DNA of 26,756 nucleotides from a virus (taxonomy: Duplodnaviria; Caudoviricetes): IMG/VR virus record IMGVR_UViG_3300009164_000304, positions 1-26,756 of that record; one strand, 5' to 3'. The notes under the pieces are model-generated. The model had not been told where the DNA came from. It did no database searches and saw only the letters and a program-made list of their open reading frames with translations. How positions within the stretch are numbered: position 1 is the stretch's first letter; each line of letters opens with the position of its first letter. Made by a program: the position numbers and the translations under genes. Positions 18,201-24,844 of the stretch are shown here, one piece after another.

Positions 18201-19943
18201 TTTAACTGTTTTGCTTTTGGTAACGGTGTGGAGAGTTATAAGATACAAGACTCAATAATTGGCAAGACATTTAATCTAGGCAACAGGGTTACGTCCGTAT
18301 CTGCCCAAGACTACAAGGCCTCCAATAGGTTCTCAGACATTACCTACAGTGGCGTGTATAACACCGAGTCCAATGTAAATAAGTTAAACGAGTTTAATTT
18401 AGGTCTGCTAGACTACAAGCATTTGGAGGTTTCTTTTGGGCCAATATTTGTCATGGATGGTAGGGAAACCGACGTTCTTGTTTTGCAGGAGGATAAGATT
18501 TCGTACGTACTTGCGGGAAAAAATTTGCTGTCAGACTCTGCGGGTGGTAATGCGGTAACGTCCGTGCCCGAGGTGTTGGGTACTCAGATTGCTCGTACTG
18601 AGAAGTATGGCATAAGTTTTAATCCCGAGAGTTATGTTCAGTGGGGATTTGATAGGTTTTTTACCGACGTTAAGAGGGGTGTGGTTGTACAACTGCAAGG
18701 AAACTCGTACTCAAACGAGCAGCTTAAGATTGTATCAGAACAGAACATGAGGACTTGGTTCCGTGATGAGTTTATTGCGTCTTTTAATACACAAAAACTT
18801 GGAGGATTTGACCCGTACATGAACGAATACGTTCTGTCAAATAATGACATATTACTTCCAACAAACCCTCAGTGTAGTAGTTGTGGTATTAATCAGGTTC
18901 ATACGTTAAGGAACGCAACAAATGACGAGATGGAGTTGGTGTACTGTGTTACATTAGGCCCAACAATTGGAGATACCGTTGTTAGTTGGACTGTTACTAG
19001 CATAGAACCCGATGCGGATGGGTTTAATATATCAGCAGACTACAACGGAGATACTGTATCGTCAGGATACACAACAACCGACGGAAGTATTACCTTCTAT
19101 AAGGACACCGTTTCAGTAGAGACCGTGTCTATAAGTATCAAGTACAAGGGAAGTATGGTACTTAACGTACTTGCAGACTGCTGTAATGCTGAGACATTGA
19201 CCGTAGTTCAAGTTGTATTTACAAACAACTCAGACTCGGGAATGACTACACATAATCAATACAGGTACACTAGCGGTTCTTATGTAGGGCCTTTGCAGTC
19301 TAACCTTGTGTTATTCCCTAGCGGAACAAGTAGTCCATTGGTGGCAAGCTATGGAGCCATAACGGGGTATGTTGGAACGGGTTCTATTCCTCCCGAGGGA
19401 AGCAACATGAGTTTGATTATGAATCAGATTAGTCCCGACGACTACGTATTTAACCCATTAAGTGACGAGTTTAAGTACCTAAGATCAAATACGTTATATA
19501 ATAACAATAGCACTGACATGCAGACGCTGCTGTCTTTATCTACAACAGCTACTCCAATAGTTGCAACGGACGCCACAACGTACCAAGCAAACTTTGCAGT
19601 TCCTAGTAGATCGTTAGGTGGGTACTTGTACTTAATTTGGGACTTAAGGGATTCAATTCCTACTAGTCTATGCTATGCAGAGAATATAAACGACGTTTGC
19701 TGTACATGTGCGCCTTGTACTACAGTGTGTCAACAGTATAACTTTCAAAACTTATCTAGTGTAAACGAGGCGAGTGTTTACCTAACCTACGGAAGGTGTG
19801 AAGATACAGGGCCTGTGACGATAACGCTTGAGCCGGGAGAGACGTATAGTACATGTGTAAATACTCCTATTGGCGAAACGAATATATTTGAGGTGTCGTC
19901 AGGTAACGTTTATGTTACTATACTAGACTGTATTTGTATTTAA
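15294..19943 (+). CDS. Tail stabilisation/muzzle protein (P22 gp10/tubular B-like), N-terminal main part plus Cys-rich appended domains
   Basis: 1549 aa; FIAGRMNKVVDERLVPEGEYIDAMNI, FFTDDYNPPRFIN, FAYRYKY..GEYS, GNRLMYGNY, LVLQEDKIS and YGISFNPES motifs recalled from crAss-like/Bacteroidota podovirus muzzle proteins. Confidence 0.75.
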   Translation: MAKLSRNFIAGRMNKVVDERLVPEGEYIDAMNIRMGSTENSEVGVIENTKGNVALTNLTYIDGTPLSVSARCIGAIEDSAKENIYWFVHDPAFTGSATGKLDLILSYNTYTDLLLFHIVSINDGNGLNTTLNFNPAYLITGVNIIEDLLFFTDDYNPPRFINVKSLYANPVMGVDGFSAESILVIKKPPTEAPKVQPIVTSSQSNYMDTRFICFAYRYKYANGEYSATSQWSAPSFIPKPFSFTPANFLNGGMTNLCNTAIVTYNSGGPLVVAVDLLFKQSSSNIIKVIEKLNKKNLGLVDYVDYTFTFNNSKIFTVLPESELLRLYDNVPRVAKAQTIMGNRLMYGNYLEGYNLIDHNGNPIKLEYSTKLITEPIGLTTIGDTTAPSNYNINGAQTITDSLIEIDLAGANLVEGASLSMQITISHSLFTGQTPFPAETTGDTRITFSFFLNKSYTSVYQMATSSEFQDAVGTALNIKPVFSSVPGTMTSCDGVTFTDAMNCALPNNLDALTKFSSGINTGGQPITIITSPASKVIGFQVVAMRYVNNTTTPIQNVYEYYQVSYVNATFQEIGSPRSLHSNRGYEVGIVYMDEYLRASTTLVSPVNTVHVPCGYSANKNSIQVTIPPTQIAPAWAKRYKFVIQPDQENYETIYCYLYFADPNTNEVYFLLEGENARKVETGDILIVKADTNGPTNNCVYATVLEKKSQASAFISPVSKAIVPAGVYMKINPNDFAVVEDPNAVIAPGQLSQSTNVSGNYPVLSYPMNIPDPNVPGQYIDYTVPAGSRIRMSIRFERKGGTDNGCPKRIYQLDKTYISSAAYDNMEDWFVGDNIKNTLNDGVQDIGGGNCPAQNIFISGHGPITVSDLCINYYRFNRDISNNYLYLQIKGTRSCGGFPRANRWRSTVTATFEIFRAENLLVFETQPSESLPDVFFENDLSFSIDDNGNHSGNVQNQDIAYGVPAIVNTGFFNCFAFGNGVESYKIQDSIIGKTFNLGNRVTSVSAQDYKASNRFSDITYSGVYNTESNVNKLNEFNLGLLDYKHLEVSFGPIFVMDGRETDVLVLQEDKISYVLAGKNLLSDSAGGNAVTSVPEVLGTQIARTEKYGISFNPESYVQWGFDRFFTDVKRGVVVQLQGNSYSNEQLKIVSEQNMRTWFRDEFIASFNTQKLGGFDPYMNEYVLSNNDILLPTNPQCSSCGINQVHTLRNATNDEMELVYCVTLGPTIGDTVVSWTVTSIEPDADGFNISADYNGDTVSSGYTTTDGSITFYKDTVSVETVSISIKYKGSMVLNVLADCCNAETLTVVQVVFTNNSDSGMTTHNQYRYTSGSYVGPLQSNLVLFPSGTSSPLVASYGAITGYVGTGSIPPEGSNMSLIMNQISPDDYVFNPLSDEFKYLRSNTLYNNNSTDMQTLLSLSTTATPIVATDATTYQANFAVPSRSLGGYLYLIWDLRDSIPTSLCYAENINDVCCTCAPCTTVCQQYNFQNLSSVNEASVYLTYGRCEDTGPVTITLEPGETYSTCVNTPIGETNIFEVSSGNVYVTILDCICI

Positions 19944-19965
19944 TATATAAAATAAAATTTAAAAA

Positions 19966-20925
19966 ATGCCCATACCACAACCATTATACTTAAATGCAAC
20001 CACTCTTGGTGATTCAACAACTGTATTCCTTGATAATCAACTTCTAAATCCTGCGCCTGATGGATTCTATTCAGATGGCGTAATAGCAAGACAGCAAGTT
20101 AGTGGGGTTTTATTACCTCAGCAGTCTTGCCCATCCTGTGGTATTCTATGTGGTGGAACTATATCAGGGGCAGGCGCTCAAGGAGTTTATTTATTAAATA
20201 TAAACATGGGGTCTACTGCATCTGACTTGGGGGCAATAATTATAAAATTTGACCCGTACGGTATCCCTGATGGGATACAGGCGGTATTTAATGGTGTTGT
20301 TTACAATGAACTCAGTTCTCCTAGTTTTGGGTACCTTGCAGGCGCAGCAGGTTTTCCAACATACATCGGTAACGTTGCTTCGTCATGCTCTGTAGTAACG
20401 GACGGTGGTACTGTAGTCTTGGATGAATTTTTATATAACGGTACATCATTTTTATCTACGGGAAACACTCCGTCTATAACTATCAATACTACTCAGGTGT
20501 CTCTTACTTTAGGTGGCCCGGGACTTTGTGTTATGGTTATACCAAAGACAAGTGCGACACCGTCTGATATAAGCATTACGTGTATTGGAGCGTGTGCTAG
20601 TACAGGTTTCAATATAAGCGTAAACTGCCCAATACTTTTACCATCATTTTTAGCGACGATAGCTACAACACATGTGGTAGGAGGAGCCAACTGTTTATTG
20701 CCATGGAACCAAACATATTACGTAGCTAAGGTAGCGCCTGACCCTACCCCACCAACTGTACCTCCTGTATTGGGGTTATATGATTGGGTATTTACGGATG
20801 CGTTTGGCTCGTCAAAACTTGCTGATGGTTGGTATATAACAAACAGCCTTGGCCCCGGAGGTCTTGATTCGTTTCATATTGTAAACGGTGTAATAATAGA
20901 ATTTGATTCACTTTGTAACTTATAG
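19966..20925 (+). CDS. Cys/Gly-rich beta-structured virion protein (tail appendage candidate)
   Basis: 319 aa; related N- and C-terminal motifs (APDGFYSDG..VSGVL; LADGWY..VNGVI) and CPSCGILC. Lies between the two muzzle-like ORFs. Confidence 0.6.
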   Translation: MPIPQPLYLNATTLGDSTTVFLDNQLLNPAPDGFYSDGVIARQQVSGVLLPQQSCPSCGILCGGTISGAGAQGVYLLNINMGSTASDLGAIIIKFDPYGIPDGIQAVFNGVVYNELSSPSFGYLAGAAGFPTYIGNVASSCSVVTDGGTVVLDEFLYNGTSFLSTGNTPSITINTTQVSLTLGGPGLCVMVIPKTSATPSDISITCIGACASTGFNISVNCPILLPSFLATIATTHVVGGANCLLPWNQTYYVAKVAPDPTPPTVPPVLGLYDWVFTDAFGSSKLADGWYITNSLGPGGLDSFHIVNGVIIEFDSLCNL

Positions 20926-20930
20926 TAAGC

Positions 20931-21743
20931 ATGGAAAATACTTTAACATACAGCCAATCCGTTCAGGGTTGGCCTTCTTTCTACTCCTACCATCCCGACT
21001 TCATAATCGGTATGAACAACTACCTGTACACGTTCAAGGGCGGTGATTTGTATAGGCACAACGTTAATACGAAGAGGAACACGTTCTACGAGCAGTATTG
21101 GAACAAGGTGGGTAGGCCACTTGAGGCGTTTAAGCCGTCACAACTTAAGAGCGTATTCAATGCGGTTGTGCTTGAGAATAAGTTGTTCAAGACCATAGAC
21201 CTAGAGGGCGACTCTGTTTGGGATTTTACTCTTTATACCGACCTACAGGACTCGGGTATAATCACGTCTACTTGGTTTGAGAAGAAGGAGGCATCGTACT
21301 TTGCGTTTATTAGGAACACAAGTTCAGGAGAGATTAAGTTAAGGAGTCTTAACGGAATAGGTAAAAGTTATGCAACCAATATAGTAGGAACCGTAACAAC
21401 TGCAGACTTCTCTGTGTCCCCAATGGTGTCACTAGGCAGCATAATAAGCATAGGAGACTTGGTCTACTTCTTGAAGTCTACCAACGTCCCATTATTTGCA
21501 GGAAAGGTTTCTGCAATAACTGTCGACTATCCCGCAGGCGTTAACAGGCTTACCATAGACACGTCTCCCGTAGGAACCGTGCCACTTGATAGAAATAATG
21601 CATACTTTTTGTATATAAAGAACTCGGTTGCGGAGTCGCATGGAGTTTTAGGTCATTATTGCGTCTTTGATATCACAAACAGTGAGAACAAGAAGGTAGA
21701 ATTATTTACTGTTCAGTCTGAGGTTATGAAAAGTTTTCCTTAA
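20931..21743 (+). CDS. Tail protein resembling the C-terminal part of the muzzle/stabilisation protein
   Basis: TLTYS..VQGWPSFYSY.P, LYTFKGGDLYRHN, NKLFKTIDLEGD and FEKKEASYFAFIR motifs. Confidence 0.65.
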   Translation: MENTLTYSQSVQGWPSFYSYHPDFIIGMNNYLYTFKGGDLYRHNVNTKRNTFYEQYWNKVGRPLEAFKPSQLKSVFNAVVLENKLFKTIDLEGDSVWDFTLYTDLQDSGIITSTWFEKKEASYFAFIRNTSSGEIKLRSLNGIGKSYATNIVGTVTTADFSVSPMVSLGSIISIGDLVYFLKSTNVPLFAGKVSAITVDYPAGVNRLTIDTSPVGTVPLDRNNAYFLYIKNSVAESHGVLGHYCVFDITNSENKKVELFTVQSEVMKSFP

Positions 21744-21749
21744 ATTCGA

Positions 21750-21757
21750 TACCTTTG
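21750..21757 (+). promoter_or_regulatory. Bacteroidota-type -7 promoter element (TACCTTTG) for the GNAT/ejection genes
   Basis: TAnnTTTG in a 30-nt intergenic gap, 16 nt before the ATG at 21774. Confidence 0.6.
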
Positions 21758-21773
21758 TAGCAATATACAATCT

Positions 21774-22184
21774 ATGGCGTTAAATATACGGGCGTTAAAT
21801 GAGACTGATTACGACGACATCCTTGTTGGGTGGTGGAAGGATTGGAAGTGGGACGCCCCTAGCAGGGACTTTCTACCAAACGACGGGAAGGGTGGCATAA
21901 TGATACTAGACGACGATACGCCAATATGTGCAGGATTTATGTACATAACCAACTCCAAGGTTGCGTGGGTAGATTGGATTATATCAAGCAAGACGTACAA
22001 TATAAAGCCAACAAGGTCGGAGGCTATAAGGTTGTTAATATCATCACTTACGGCAACGTGTAAGAGCACGGGAAGTAAGTACGCATACGCATTAATTAAA
22101 AGTCAAAGTCTTAAGAAGACTTATAAGGAACTAGGGTACATGGAGGGGGACATTTATTCAACCGAAATGATAAAAAATTTATAA
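21774..22184 (+). CDS. GNAT-fold acetyltransferase-like protein
   Basis: IRALNETDYD start, PICAGFMY, AWVDWIIS and YKELGY end motif. Same position as P22 gp14/T7 gp13-like genes before the ejection proteins. Confidence 0.7.
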   Translation: MALNIRALNETDYDDILVGWWKDWKWDAPSRDFLPNDGKGGIMILDDDTPICAGFMYITNSKVAWVDWIISSKTYNIKPTRSEAIRLLISSLTATCKSTGSKYAYALIKSQSLKKTYKELGYMEGDIYSTEMIKNL

Positions 22185-22185
22185 T

Positions 22186-23001
22186 ATGGCAATAGGAACA
22201 GCAACAGCAATAGCGATAGGTGGACTAGCATTAAGTGCGGGTAGCACTGCAGCATCGTTTGCACAGGCAGGAAAACAAAAACAACTACAGAGACAGGCCC
22301 ATTCAGATGCCGACAAGGCTATGCAGGAGGCAAGACATAAGTTAGAGGCAAACTACTACGATCAGTTATCTATAAAGAAGGAACCGTACGAGTTGGAGCG
22401 TGAGGCTTTGGCATCACAAGGTGCTCAGGCTATTCAGGCGGGCGTTGAGAGTGAAAGGGGTGCGGCTGCCACGGCAGGACGTGTTCAGATGGGGATGAAC
22501 GAGGCACAGGCGGGAATAAGGACAGCGCAAGGGAAGGAGATGTCTGACCTTGAGAAGTTAAGTGCAAACGAGCAGAGTAGACTACGTGACGTTAACGTTC
22601 AACTAGACTTAGGTCAGGTTGAGGGAGCACAACTTGCCGAGGCAAATGCACAAAAACTAGCTGCTGCTTCTACAACACAGGCTATGCAAGGTTTAACTAG
22701 TGTAGTACAGCAGGGTATTCAGTTAGGTGTTCCATTATATTTCCAACAAAAAGGACTAGACCCATTAACGGGTTTACCTTTAAAATCAGCACAAATGCAG
22801 TCAGCACAAGCTGCGGGGCAGTCAGTTTCACCTGTTTCATCTGAAAGTATTAGAGCGCAACCTAATACTCAAATAAATCCATTAAGTCCTTACTATCAGA
22901 ATCCTTATATTATGGCAGGATTAGGTGCACCACTTAATTCATCTCAAGATTTTAGGACTAATCCTAACACACAAATTAACCCATTCCAACTAAATTGGTA
23001 A
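22186..23001 (+). CDS. Internal virion (ejection) protein 1
   Basis: Gly/Ala-rich hydrophobic N-terminus (MAIGTATAIAIGGLALSAG) and an A/Q-rich helical body; first gene after the GNAT. Confidence 0.65.
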   Translation: MAIGTATAIAIGGLALSAGSTAASFAQAGKQKQLQRQAHSDADKAMQEARHKLEANYYDQLSIKKEPYELEREALASQGAQAIQAGVESERGAAATAGRVQMGMNEAQAGIRTAQGKEMSDLEKLSANEQSRLRDVNVQLDLGQVEGAQLAEANAQKLAAASTTQAMQGLTSVVQQGIQLGVPLYFQQKGLDPLTGLPLKSAQMQSAQAAGQSVSPVSSESIRAQPNTQINPLSPYYQNPYIMAGLGAPLNSSQDFRTNPNTQINPFQLNW

Positions 23002-23002
23002 T

Positions 23003-24823
23003 ATGAGTACTTACTATAAATACGCAGAGCGGAATGTTGATAGCCAAGTAAATTGGGGTGAGATTGGCAAGAACATGACCGACATGCTTGCGAGCGAGAA
23101 TAAGATCAGGGAGGACAAAAAGGCCGCACTTGATGAAGCATCTCGTCAGTATGGATTAAATCTATCTGAACCACCGCAGGGGACAAACACGTCCCTTAAT
23201 AGTTACGCATTAAAGTACGCAGACGACGCCCAAAGTGCTCGTCTACTACAGGATAGGTTGTTAAGGGGTGGTATACTAAAGCCTAGGGACTACGTGCTGC
23301 AGAGGCAGAACCTTACCGACGGGACTAGTGGCCTATTCAATGTAATGAAGGACTACCAAACCGAGTACGGTGTAAAGATGGAGCGTTATAAGACCGACAA
23401 GTCTCAGGATTTGGAACAGTGGCTAATGGCTCAGGCAGAAGGATTTGCTAACTTTAATAACTCTAAGCCTGTCATCAACCCAACAGACTACACGTTGAGT
23501 ATAGCCAAGATGGTAAAGAATGAGAAGACGGGCGTGATGGAGATGGACAAAGACCCCAACTCATTCACGACAGTTGCGGGTCTACAGAACAGGATTAAGG
23601 CCACGTTTGATAAGTTTGACGTACCGCAAACACTTAATGGATTTGTAAAGACAATAGGTAAGCAATTGGATGCGGTAAAACTTGTTGGAAGTGAGACTAG
23701 GACGGGAAGCATAACCGAGACACTTGATATATCAAAAAGGAAGGGATTTGGAAAGTATGCGGGAGTTTTAGATAACTTTGAGAAGGCAGAGACTGCGGCA
23801 CTAAAGTCATACCTTACCAACCCGTATAACACGTCTTCTGTACTTACAAATAGTTTAGGATTGGCACCAAACGGTGAACGCTACACGTTCTCATACAAAC
23901 CCGAGGATATTAAGCCGGGTGGTAACATTATTTTGTTAAAGGACGACGGCAAGACGGGAACTCCAATGCCAAACTTTACACCCGAGCAGGAGACTGCTGC
24001 GCTAGAACACTTGCGTACGCAGGCTAGGCTAATGTACGACAAGACTACAAACATACAGGCGGTAACCGAGCCTAGGAAACGTGAGCCAAACGAGTGGGAA
24101 TACAATGCTGCTCAGAAAGCTAAGGAAAACTTAACTGCCGCAGGAGCATGGAATCAGGTCTACACAGGCAAGACCCCTGCTGAAAAACAATCGGCTTTAA
24201 ATATATTGCTAGGAACTCCACACGCACGTGCGTTAGGATTGCAGGCAATAGATTTAGATAAAAATGGAGTATTAAATCTTAAATATGAAGACCCTAGTAA
24301 GAATCGTACAATAAAATACCTTGACGAAAACGGTAAGCCTATTAGTGGGTCAGATTGGGCGGCTATAGGAACAGAACTTACAGGAGAGGCTGATAGGAAT
24401 AAGGCAATTAGAGCAGGTGGTGGTTTAGCGGGTGGATACGGTGGAAATGTTTCTGAATTAATTTCAGCAAAAAGGACAGGCCCAACCGTTGAGACTCCTG
24501 CAAATGAGAAGTATAAGCAGATTGTAACAGGGACACCTGTTAGTACAAAGGGTAAAGAAGATACTGTAATACCTGACCTGCAGGCTAAGTTTGGTGATTT
24601 TGGGTTTACATTTGAACCTTCGGGTTATTGGGGTACAAATAATGTAAAAATTACATCACCTGATAAGTTGACTTCAATTGTAGTAGGACTTAATAATAAA
24701 AATGAACAAGACGAATTAGATGCAAATCAAAAAATAAAACAGTTCTTATCTACAAACATGACCGAGGCTAAATTAAAAGAAATACCTGCGTCTACTTTAG
24801 GCGGAAGTATGAGTAAGTACTAA
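23003..24823 (+). CDS. Internal virion (ejection) protein 2
   Basis: 606 aa hydrophilic helical protein; synteny within the podovirus ejection trio. Confidence 0.6.
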   Translation: MSTYYKYAERNVDSQVNWGEIGKNMTDMLASENKIREDKKAALDEASRQYGLNLSEPPQGTNTSLNSYALKYADDAQSARLLQDRLLRGGILKPRDYVLQRQNLTDGTSGLFNVMKDYQTEYGVKMERYKTDKSQDLEQWLMAQAEGFANFNNSKPVINPTDYTLSIAKMVKNEKTGVMEMDKDPNSFTTVAGLQNRIKATFDKFDVPQTLNGFVKTIGKQLDAVKLVGSETRTGSITETLDISKRKGFGKYAGVLDNFEKAETAALKSYLTNPYNTSSVLTNSLGLAPNGERYTFSYKPEDIKPGGNIILLKDDGKTGTPMPNFTPEQETAALEHLRTQARLMYDKTTNIQAVTEPRKREPNEWEYNAAQKAKENLTAAGAWNQVYTGKTPAEKQSALNILLGTPHARALGLQAIDLDKNGVLNLKYEDPSKNRTIKYLDENGKPISGSDWAAIGTELTGEADRNKAIRAGGGLAGGYGGNVSELISAKRTGPTVETPANEKYKQIVTGTPVSTKGKEDTVIPDLQAKFGDFGFTFEPSGYWGTNNVKITSPDKLTSIVVGLNNKNEQDELDANQKIKQFLSTNMTEAKLKEIPASTLGGSMSKY

Positions 24824-24844
24824 ATATAAAATAACACAACATAT

